From an uncultured Muribaculum sp. (GTDB lineage Bacteria; Bacteroidota; Bacteroidia; Bacteroidales; Muribaculaceae), in NCBI GenBank assembly GCA_910587665.1, contig CAJUMZ010000012.1, positions 19,320 through 83,319 on the forward strand: a stretch of DNA of 64,000 nt, given 5' to 3'. Each line of letters opens with the position of its first letter. Position 1 is the stretch's first letter. Positions 1 through 8,120 of this stretch are shown piece by piece. A program made the position numbers and the translations under genes. Under the pieces are notes generated by a model that saw only the letters and a program-made list of their open reading frames with translations, was not told the DNA's origin and did no database searches.

Positions 1-1
1 A

Positions 2-931
2 CCCGGCACCGACATCCTCCATAAGGCCGGAGGATTGCACAAGTTTAACGGCTGGACTAAGCCAATACTTACCGACAGTGGCGGATTTCAGGTGTTTTCC
101 CTTTCCGCCAACCGCAAGTTGAAAGAGGAGGGGGCATGGTTCCGTAGCCATATCGACGGCTCGAAGCATCTGTTTACGCCCGAAAATGTGGTTGACATTC
201 AGCGGATAATCGGCTCCGACATAATGATGGCACTTGACGAATGTCCTCCCGGCACGTCGGATTACGATTATGCCAAGAAATCACTTGGTCTGACCCTGCG
301 CTGGCTTCAGCGCGGTTGGGACCGTTATAGGTCGACGGAAGGGCTTTACGGTCACCGTCAGGCTTATTTCCCGATAGTGCAGGGATGCACATATCCCGAC
401 CTGCGCCGCGAATCGGCGAAGTTTGTAGCCGATCTCGGTGCCGACGGCAATGCTATCGGAGGTCTTGCCGTAGGTGAGCCGGCCGAGGTGATGTACGACA
501 TGATAGAGGTGGTCAACGAGATACTTCCCGCCGATAAGCCCCGTTATCTCATGGGTGTCGGCACACCGGCCAATATCCTTGAGGCTATAGAGCGCGGAGT
601 CGATATGATGGATTGTGTGATGCCCACGCGCAACGGTCGTAACGGCATGCTGTTTACCGCCCACGGCATAATGAACATGCGCAACAAGAAGTGGGCTGAC
701 GATTTCTCCCCGCTTCAGGAAGATGGACCGAGCTATGTCGACCGGTTCTATACGAAGGCGTATGTGCGCCACCTGTTTGTCGCCGACGAGATTCTTGCCA
801 TGCAGATAGCCTCGATTCATAATCTGGCATTTTACCTGTGGCTTGTCGGTGAGGCGCGGCGTCATATAATCGCGGGCGACTTCAAGCCGTGGAAGGATGA
901 GATGGTAGAGCGGGTAACGCGGCGTCTGTAA
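2..931 (+). CDS. tgt: queuine tRNA-ribosyltransferase (tRNA-guanine transglycosylase), 5' end cut by window edge
   Basis: The frame is open from nt 2, and the listed M at 35 is an internal TTG. Contains TGT-type segments LTDSGGFQVFSL and GVGTPANILEAIERGVDMMDCVMPTRNGRNG. About 310 of an expected ~376 aa are present. Confidence 0.93.
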   Translation, partial: PGTDILHKAGGLHKFNGWTKPILTDSGGFQVFSLSANRKLKEEGAWFRSHIDGSKHLFTPENVVDIQRIIGSDIMMALDECPPGTSDYDYAKKSLGLTLRWLQRGWDRYRSTEGLYGHRQAYFPIVQGCTYPDLRRESAKFVADLGADGNAIGGLAVGEPAEVMYDMIEVVNEILPADKPRYLMGVGTPANILEAIERGVDMMDCVMPTRNGRNGMLFTAHGIMNMRNKKWADDFSPLQEDGPSYVDRFYTKAYVRHLFVADEILAMQIASIHNLAFYLWLVGEARRHIIAGDFKPWKDEMVERVTRRL

Positions 932-946
932 TAAAATATTCGAGAG

Positions 947-2020
947 ATGTTCAAGATACTTGACCGCTACATAATAAAGAAGTTTCTCGGCACTTACCTG
1001 TTTGCGATCGCCTTGATTCTGGCGATCACGATCATGTTTGACGTCAATGAAAAGCTTGACTCATTTCTCAAGGCACCGCTTAAAGCCACGATCTTTGACT
1101 ATTTTCTTAATTTCCTTCCATATTTTGCCAATCAGTTCAGCCCGCTGTTCACGTTTATAGCGTGTATATTTTTCACGTCAAAGCTTGCCGACCAGTCGGA
1201 AATCATAGCTATGCTGTCGTCGGGCGTAAGTTTCCGGAGGCTGTTGCGCCCTTATATGGTGTCGGCTGCGGTCATCGCCGCTTCCACGTGGGTGCTGAGT
1301 GCCTACATTATTCCCCCGGCCAATGTGAAGCGTATCGAGTATACCAATACCTATGTCAAAAACAAGCGCGTGGACTACGGTAACAATATCCAGATGATGG
1401 TTGCCCCCGGCGAGATAGCCTATATGAGCCGTTATGACAACACGACACGGACAGGCTATCGGTTTTCGCTTGACAAATTCGACGGCAAGAAGCTTGTGTC
1501 GCGTCTCACGGCATCCACTATACGCTGGGACTCAATGTATCACTGGCAGGTGCGTGACTACATGATACGTGATATACAGGGGATGAAGGAGTCCATCACG
1601 AAAGGTACGCGGCTTGATACGATAATACCCTTTGAGCCACGCGATTTCCTTATCTCCAAAAATGATCAGGAGACCATGACCTCCGCCGAGCTGCGCGAAT
1701 ACATAGACCGGCAGAAGGCGCGCGGTGTGGCAAACATAAAGGCGTTTGAGATTGAGAACGAGCGCCGTTATGCCATGTGTGCGGCGGCATTTATCCTGAC
1801 TATCATAGGCATGTCGCTGTCATCCAAGAAGGTGAAAGGAGGTATGGGTGTCAATATCGGCGTGGGGCTTGTATTGAGCTTCAGCTACATACTGTTTATG
1901 ACGGTGACCTCCACGTTTGCCGTATCGGGATATACCTCCCCGTTTGTAGCGATGTGGATTCCCAACTTCCTCTACATCATCATTGCGGTGGTGCTTTATC
2001 GCCGAGCCTCGACCGGGTAG
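947..2020 (+). CDS. LptF/LptG (YjgP/YjgQ) family permease
   Basis: 357 aa, multi-TM. The N-terminus MFKILDRYIIKKFLGTYLF is typical of the YjgP/YjgQ family. It starts 16 nt after tgt. Confidence 0.85.
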   Translation: MFKILDRYIIKKFLGTYLFAIALILAITIMFDVNEKLDSFLKAPLKATIFDYFLNFLPYFANQFSPLFTFIACIFFTSKLADQSEIIAMLSSGVSFRRLLRPYMVSAAVIAASTWVLSAYIIPPANVKRIEYTNTYVKNKRVDYGNNIQMMVAPGEIAYMSRYDNTTRTGYRFSLDKFDGKKLVSRLTASTIRWDSMYHWQVRDYMIRDIQGMKESITKGTRLDTIIPFEPRDFLISKNDQETMTSAELREYIDRQKARGVANIKAFEIENERRYAMCAAAFILTIIGMSLSSKKVKGGMGVNIGVGLVLSFSYILFMTVTSTFAVSGYTSPFVAMWIPNFLYIIIAVVLYRRASTG

Positions 2021-2030
2021 GGGGATTTTG

Positions 2031-2483
2031 CTATTCCTCCATCTTTACGCCTTTGAATTGTCCGAGCAGGTTAAATTTCAGAATTACGCCATCGGATAAT
2101 CCAATTTCATATCCTCCTGACGACTTTTTCACTACTTTTACGATCTTGACGCCGCTGTAATTTTTCTTCACGTGGTTGCGTATCGCCTTTGTCACAAGCC
2201 CTTCGGGTACTTCGCGCGATTTGCAATCTACTGAAGTCCATTTGCCTTTATTGTTAAATTCGATTGTCGTACCGTTGACCAGCCTTACGTCATAGTCAGT
2301 CTTTTTTAGTAAATGGCGGTCGATCTTTATCATTCCTATCTTGGCTTTAGGAAAATATTGGTCAAGCATCTGACGTGCCTCCTCCGGAAGTTGGTCACGC
2401 TTGAGCGTGTAAGAGTCGATAAATGCGAACGCCGACACTGACGCGGCAACAATAAAAAGCAGAGATACAAGTAATTTCTTCAT
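2031..2483 (-). CDS. PepSY-like secreted protein of unknown function
   Basis: 150 aa with signal peptide MKKLLVSLLFIVAASVSAFA. The repeated beta-rich modules resemble Bacteroidales PepSY-like (putative beta-lactamase-inhibitor-like) proteins. A possible -7 box CAAATGTA (minus strand) lies at 2509-2516. Confidence 0.6.
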   Translation of the reverse strand: MKKLLVSLLFIVAASVSAFAFIDSYTLKRDQLPEEARQMLDQYFPKAKIGMIKIDRHLLKKTDYDVRLVNGTTIEFNNKGKWTSVDCKSREVPEGLVTKAIRNHVKKNYSGVKIVKVVKKSSGGYEIGLSDGVILKFNLLGQFKGVKMEE

Positions 2484-2584
2484 AACTAAAAGTGTTTTTC
2501 TATAGTAACAAATGTAATTATGAAAAGGATGTGGTATGCCTATTCTTCCGGGCGCAATGCAGTTATTGGGAGGGGTATAAAAAA

Positions 2585-2832
2585 TTACCGATTCCTCCTT
2601 TCACAGGGAGGAACCGGACTAAAGCCAAAAGGCATGATTCTGTGATTCTAAAGATAGTTGTCTTATAGCGATTTAAAGTGTTGAGAAAGTATTACTTACT
2701 TCACTTTATTCAACTACGTTCGCCTCCCGGCGCCCTTTGCTGAAAATTGTTGCCTTTTCCTTAGTCCGAGTAAATTCAAATATTGCGTAAAATAATTATT
2801 CAGCCTAAGAAAATTCAACAAATGTCTCTATT
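2585..2832 (-). ncRNA. candidate structured RNA or long leader (unclassified)
   Basis: No ORF >=60 aa on either strand in ~2520-2990. A minus-strand -7 box (CAAAGGTA on plus) lies at 2838-2845. A minus-strand hairpin 2588-2598/2607-2617 (11 bp with one G.U) is followed by a U-run. There is also a long-range helix 2616-2634/2751-2767 and a GNRA-capped hairpin at 2721-2732. Confidence 0.3.
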
Positions 2833-2991
2833 CGGTGCAAAGGTACATACTTTTTTTCATCTGACCAACAATTTTAAAGTTTATTTTTATTAAAAATGGC
2901 GTATATGCTAAACTTTTGGCATAGAACGGTGTTGATGCTCCCTTTCAGAAGCTTGTGGGGCATAATATTTTGTTGTTGCGGGAATTTGTGT

Positions 2992-2999
2992 TAAATTTG
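2992..2999 (+). promoter_or_regulatory. Bacteroides-type -7 box TAAATTTG upstream of the large GH gene
   Basis: Matches TAnnTTTG, ~50 nt upstream of the ATG at 3049. Confidence 0.4.
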
Positions 3000-3048
3000 T
3001 ACAGACTAAAACCATGATAAGAATTTGTAAACATCATTATTACAGACC

Positions 3049-6000
3049 ATGAAACATTTTTATCTTTTAATTGCGGCGCTTATGCTGCCACTCTTTGCCT
3101 TGGGTGACGGATGGTCGACGCAATATCCTGAAATCGAAAAAAACATCAGGCAACCGGAATTTGCAAAAAAAGAGTTTAAGATCACCAAGTATGGTGCAAA
3201 GACCGGGGCTTCTGCCGCTGTCAATCAAAAGGCGATCAATAAGGCGATTGATGCCTGTTCGAAGAAAGGTGGCGGAAAAGTCATAGTGCCGGAAGGGAGA
3301 TGGCTTACCGGTGCCATTACTTTGAAAAGCGGAGTCAATCTTGTCGTCGAGCGCGGTGCCACACTTGAATTTGTGTTTGAGCCGGAGCTTTATCCGATTG
3401 TAAAAACACGTTGGGAAGGGCTTGATTGCTGGAATCTATCACCGTGTATATACGCCTATGGCGCTAAGGATGTAGCCATCACCGGCGACGGTGTGATAGA
3501 TGGCGGAGGCACAAACGACACTTGGTGGAAGTGGTGTGGAGCTCCACGCTACGGATGGAAAGAGGGTGTGATAAGCCAGCGTAACGGCGCCCGCGCCCGA
3601 CTGCTGAAGATGGCTGAGGATGGCGTTGACATGGATGCACGCCGATTCGGTCCGGAAGATGGTCTGCGCCCCCAGCTTATCAACTTCAACCAATGTGACG
3701 GCATTCTTATCGAGGATGTCACTTTGCTGCGTTCGCCGTTTTGGGTGATTCATCCTCTGCTCTCCAAGAATATAACCGTGCGACGTGTTAAGATCAATAA
3801 TGACGGTCCCAATGGCGACGGATGTGACCCCGAGTCATGTGACGGCGTGCTTATCGAGGATTGTTTCTTCAATACCGGTGATGACTGCATCGCCATCAAG
3901 AGTGGCAGAAACATGGACGGCCGACTCTGGGATCGCCCGAGCGAGAATATCATCGTGCGCAATTGCGAGATGAAAAACGGACATGGCGGAGTGGTGATCG
4001 GCAGTGAGATATCCGGCGGTTGCCGCAATGTGTTTGCTGAAAACAACCTTATGGACAGCCCCAATCTTGACCGCGTGATAAGAATTAAGACAAACACCTG
4101 CCGCGGCGGTGTGATCGAAAACATCTATGCGCGTAATATAAAGGTAGGGCAGTGTGGTGAATCGGTGTTGAAAATCAACCTTGATTATGAGCATAATGAA
4201 ATCTGTTGCCGCGGTTTCCTCCCGACGGTGCGTAATGTAAATCTCGAAAACGTGACTTGCGACAAAAGCAAGTACGGAGTGCAGATAATCGCCCTCGACA
4301 CGTGTGTCAACGTGTACGACATTAATATAAAGGATTGCCATTTCAACGGCGTGGCCGATGGAAATTCAATCAAGGGCATGGTGCGTGATATCAACTACGA
4401 CAATTTCTATGTCAACGGCAGTCTGTGTCTGACAAAATATCCTTACAAGCATTACAGCGAGTGGATCACCGCCTCGGAGATGAAGCGGGTACCAAAGTCG
4501 TTCCTTCTTGATTTCGCCACAAAACCCCGCTGGAGCTATGTGATGGGTATCGAGCTTGGGGGAATGCTTGACACTTACAAGAAATATGGCAACAAGGAAA
4601 TACTCGATTACTGCAAGATGTATACCGACACGATGATCAATCCTGACGGAAGCATCCGTAATTACAAGCTGTCGGATTACAACCTTGACAATGTGCGCAC
4701 CGGTCACTTTGTGGCAAAGATGTACCAGCTTATGCCTGAAGAGAAAAACCGCAAGGCACTTTACACCCTTATGGAGCAGATGAAAAATCAGCCGCGTACA
4801 AAAGAGGGTGTATACTGGCACAAGGCCATCTATGCCTATCAGGTGTGGCTCGACGGTATATTCATGGGATTGCCGGTGTCAACCCTTACAGCCGGAATGT
4901 TCCTCCCTGAAAAGGAGGCCCATGCCATCTACGATGATGCCGTGGATCAGATGAAAAAGACTTATGAGCGCACGCTCGATCCCAAGACCGGTCTTAACCG
5001 CCATGCCTGGGATGAGAACCATGACATGTTCTGGTCGGATAACGAGACCGGGCTTTCGCAGCATTGCTGGGCGCGTGCGCAAGGCTGGTTTACAATGGCT
5101 CTTGTCGAGCTGCTCGACAATCTGCCCGAAAATTATGAACGCCGTGGCGAGGCGGTCGAATTGCTTAACAAGGTGCTTGCCAATGTCGTGAAATGGCAGG
5201 ATAAAGGCACCGGTGTATGGTATCAGGTCATGGACAGCCCGGGTCGCGAGGGCAACTATCTTGAATCGACCGCGTCATCAATGTTTGCCTACGGTCTGTT
5301 GAAGGCATACAACAAGGGATATGTCGACGCTTCCTATCGCGATGCCGGAATCAAAGCTTATCGTGGTATAATAAACAATTTCATAAAGATCAATCCCGAC
5401 AGCACAATCTCACTGACAAACTGCTGTGCGGTCGCCGGCCTTGGCCCGGGAATGAGCGAGTCGGTGAAGAAAGCGGCTCCTAAAGTCAAGGAAAACCGTC
5501 GTCGTGACGGCTCATATGAATATTATCTGAGCGAGCCTGTGCGTGACAATGACGCCAAGGGCATTGGTCCGTTCATATGGGCGTCGCTTGAGATGGAAGA
5601 TATGGGCTTTACCACAGATAACGTGATGAAGCCTATCGACCGTCAGGCAGTGGTGACGCGCAATAATCCGGTGGTCACTGAATATGATCCGCTTGCAAGT
5701 CTATCAGTCGGCAATGGCAGCTTTGCTGCCACTGTCGACCTGACAGGACTCCAGAGCTATCCCGAACTGTATAAAGACGGTGTCCCCCTCTCCGCGATGT
5801 CGGAGTGGGGCTGGCACTCGTTTCCCAACACGGATAATCTTAAGCCCTCGGAGTCGGAGCGTGTGATGGATCTCGGTCATGGAAGGAAAGAGGCATATGC
5901 CGTGGAATACAAAGGTGGAAGCCGTAATGCCGATGCCACGGAATATTTCCGCGTCAATCCCCATCGTCTTAACCTCGGTCATGTGGGACTGCTGCTTACC

Positions 6001-7800
6001 GATGATGCAGGGCGTCAGCTTAAGCCGGAAGAATTTACAGGAGTAAGGCAGGAACTTGCCCTTTGGGACGGCAAGATAGAGTCTGCGTTTAATGCCGAAG
6101 GCAAGCGAGTGGAAGTGACAACATCATGCATGCAGAATCGTGATTGTCTTTTCGGGAGGGTGAAGAGCGACCTCCTTACTGACGGAAAGGCTGCGGTGAC
6201 GATCGGATTTCCTTATCCTACCGGGGCGCATGCCGATGATGCGAGCGATTATTCGCGCCCTGAAGACCATGGGTCAAAAATAATAGACATGAAACCACAT
6301 AGTGTGGTGATCGAACGCACACTTGACGACACAAGATATTATGTGACGGTAGAGTGGGAGGGCGACGCTACATTCAAGGAAGTGGCGTCGCATTTTTTTT
6401 TATTGACTACTCCCGACAATGTGCTCACCTTTTCTGTCGAATACACTCCGGAGCCGGTAAAAGGGCGTGACGCTTCGTTTTCTTATGATCAGGCATTGAA
6501 AGCGGTTATGAAAAGCTGGCCCGCTTTCTGGAATAAAGGGGCTATCGTCGATTTCTCGGAATGTACCGACCCGCGTGCTCCGGAACTTGAACGGCGCACA
6601 GTGCTTTCCCAATATCTTACCGCGATAAACTGTGCCGGGTCGATGCCCCCTCAGGAGACCGGGCTGACTTACAATTCATGGTTTGGGCGCCCACATCTTG
6701 AAATGACATGGTGGCACGCCGTGGATTTCGCGCTATGGAATCGCCCCGCTGCATTGGGTAAAATTCTTGACTGGTACAACGATGTCGCTTATCCCGTTGC
6801 GCGCCGTATTGCGGAGCGTCAGGGCTTTTCCGGGGTCAGGTGGATGAAAATGACCGATCCTGATGCCGGCGAGGCTCCGTCAAACACCGGCTCATTCCTT
6901 ATATGGCAACAGCCTCATTATATCTACATGGCTGAGGAGATGTATCGCGCCGAGCCTACTGCCGCAACCCTTGAAAAATATGGTGAACAGGTTGAGGCTA
7001 CCGCCGAGTTTATTGCCGATTATGCACGTGCGTGTGTGCCGGCAAAAGGTAAGGGCGTTATAAAGCTTTTCGGACAGACGGCAATGCAAGAGTCGATGTC
7101 AAAGGATTTTTCATACAATCACCCGTTTGAGCTTGCCTATTGGCGTTATGGACTTGACAAGGCTCAGCAGTGGCGTGAACGCCGTAGCATGGAGCGTAAT
7201 AAGGAGTGGGATGAGATTATTTCGCGTCTTTCCCCGTTGCCTCAGAAAGGCGGGGTGTATGTAGCCGGAGAGCCGATAAAGGGATTCAAAGGTAAAAAGG
7301 GAACAGCCGCGGTGTTTGATCCGTATGTATCAGCGGCTCAGAAAGGTAGTTCGTCTGTCTCCGAGGAAGATTTCCTCTTAAAGTCGCGTAGTGATCATCC
7401 TGCCGTGCTTGGTGCCTGCGGTTTGCTCCCGGATATGGGACATTATGACCGTGAGGTGATGGCGCGCACGCTTGAAGGGGTGATGGCTGATTGGAATTGG
7501 GAAAGCACCTGGGGATGGGATTACGGCATGATAGCCATGTGTGCCGCCCGCCTCGGCAAGCCTGATACTGCCATTGATGCACTCCTGATTGACAAAGGTA
7601 AAAACAGGTATCTTGTGAGCGGTCATAATTTTCAGGAGCCGAAGCGTCTGCGACTTTATCTGCCGGGTAACGGAAGTCTGCTTGATGCGGTTGCGATGAT
7701 GTGTGCCGGATGGGACGGCTGCAAAGATGTCCGCAATCCGGGATTTCCTGCCGACGGAAAGTGGAATGTACGTTGGGAGGGGCTTCGGCGCATGCAGTGA
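3049..7800 (+). CDS. secreted three-module glycoside hydrolase: GH28 polygalacturonase-like + GH105 unsaturated rhamnogalacturonyl/glucuronyl hydrolase-like + C-terminal six-hairpin-like module of uncertain family
   Basis: 1583-aa uninterrupted ORF with signal peptide MKHFYLLIAALMLPLFALG. All four GH28 signature segments are present: NNDGPNGDGCDP (nt 3796-3831), GDDCIAIKSG (from 3877), GHGG (from 3979) and RIKT (from 4081). A GH105/YteR-like block covers ~aa 465-855 (YAYQVWLDGIFMGLP). The remaining ~720 aa (from ~nt 5626) look like an alpha/alpha-barrel hydrolase that I cannot assign. Confidence 0.85.
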   Translation: MKHFYLLIAALMLPLFALGDGWSTQYPEIEKNIRQPEFAKKEFKITKYGAKTGASAAVNQKAINKAIDACSKKGGGKVIVPEGRWLTGAITLKSGVNLVVERGATLEFVFEPELYPIVKTRWEGLDCWNLSPCIYAYGAKDVAITGDGVIDGGGTNDTWWKWCGAPRYGWKEGVISQRNGARARLLKMAEDGVDMDARRFGPEDGLRPQLINFNQCDGILIEDVTLLRSPFWVIHPLLSKNITVRRVKINNDGPNGDGCDPESCDGVLIEDCFFNTGDDCIAIKSGRNMDGRLWDRPSENIIVRNCEMKNGHGGVVIGSEISGGCRNVFAENNLMDSPNLDRVIRIKTNTCRGGVIENIYARNIKVGQCGESVLKINLDYEHNEICCRGFLPTVRNVNLENVTCDKSKYGVQIIALDTCVNVYDINIKDCHFNGVADGNSIKGMVRDINYDNFYVNGSLCLTKYPYKHYSEWITASEMKRVPKSFLLDFATKPRWSYVMGIELGGMLDTYKKYGNKEILDYCKMYTDTMINPDGSIRNYKLSDYNLDNVRTGHFVAKMYQLMPEEKNRKALYTLMEQMKNQPRTKEGVYWHKAIYAYQVWLDGIFMGLPVSTLTAGMFLPEKEAHAIYDDAVDQMKKTYERTLDPKTGLNRHAWDENHDMFWSDNETGLSQHCWARAQGWFTMALVELLDNLPENYERRGEAVELLNKVLANVVKWQDKGTGVWYQVMDSPGREGNYLESTASSMFAYGLLKAYNKGYVDASYRDAGIKAYRGIINNFIKINPDSTISLTNCCAVAGLGPGMSESVKKAAPKVKENRRRDGSYEYYLSEPVRDNDAKGIGPFIWASLEMEDMGFTTDNVMKPIDRQAVVTRNNPVVTEYDPLASLSVGNGSFAATVDLTGLQSYPELYKDGVPLSAMSEWGWHSFPNTDNLKPSESERVMDLGHGRKEAYAVEYKGGSRNADATEYFRVNPHRLNLGHVGLLLTDDAGRQLKPEEFTGVRQELALWDGKIESAFNAEGKRVEVTTSCMQNRDCLFGRVKSDLLTDGKAAVTIGFPYPTGAHADDASDYSRPEDHGSKIIDMKPHSVVIERTLDDTRYYVTVEWEGDATFKEVASHFFLLTTPDNVLTFSVEYTPEPVKGRDASFSYDQALKAVMKSWPAFWNKGAIVDFSECTDPRAPELERRTVLSQYLTAINCAGSMPPQETGLTYNSWFGRPHLEMTWWHAVDFALWNRPAALGKILDWYNDVAYPVARRIAERQGFSGVRWMKMTDPDAGEAPSNTGSFLIWQQPHYIYMAEEMYRAEPTAATLEKYGEQVEATAEFIADYARACVPAKGKGVIKLFGQTAMQESMSKDFSYNHPFELAYWRYGLDKAQQWRERRSMERNKEWDEIISRLSPLPQKGGVYVAGEPIKGFKGKKGTAAVFDPYVSAAQKGSSSVSEEDFLLKSRSDHPAVLGACGLLPDMGHYDREVMARTLEGVMADWNWESTWGWDYGMIAMCAARLGKPDTAIDALLIDKGKNRYLVSGHNFQEPKRLRLYLPGNGSLLDAVAMMCAGWDGCKDVRNPGFPADGKWNVRWEGLRRMQ

Positions 7801-7822
7801 GTATTTGACCGATAACAAAAAA

Positions 7823-7866
7823 ACAGCCGGTGTATCTATGTGAGGATTGCCGGCTGTCTTTCTTTT
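7823..7866 (+). terminator. rho-independent terminator after the GH gene
   Basis: Stem acagccgg (7823-7830) pairs with ccggctgt (7850-7857), followed by ctttctttt. Confidence 0.7.
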
Positions 7867-7930
7867 GGATATTTATCAACAATGTCGCAAACTTTTTAGC
7901 TTTTTGCTTGTTTGAAATGGATAAAGAATG

Positions 7931-7938
7931 TATCTTTG
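7931..7938 (+). promoter_or_regulatory. -7 box TATCTTTG for rho (long ~180-nt leader)
   Basis: Exact TAnnTTTG match. The next gene start is rho at 8121. Confidence 0.5.
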
Positions 7939-8120
7939 TAGCAAGTTTCAACATCTGAGTCGTTAAATGCGTGAATCATTTTCCAATAGAGCGTATTTTA
8001 TCGATTATTTCCCGTTTGATAATAAATAAGCAGGCTTGTCCTTCATTGATGCCGGTGCATCATGATAGTAGTAATGTGGCAATGCTCTGAAATAATGATA
8101 ACAATCTCAAGAACTAATAA

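Noticed and set aside
2897-2911. A 15-mer tggcgtatatgctaa is shared between the GH upstream region (2897-2911) and the interior of the MITE (15925-15939). I considered it as evidence for a second MITE copy, and also as a sigma-54-like TGGC...GC element.
   Set aside because: The flanks do not align and no inverted repeat or target duplication is present at the first site. A few chance 15-mer matches are expected in 64 kb when both strands are counted. The GG-to-GC spacing is 3 nt too short for a -24/-12 promoter.
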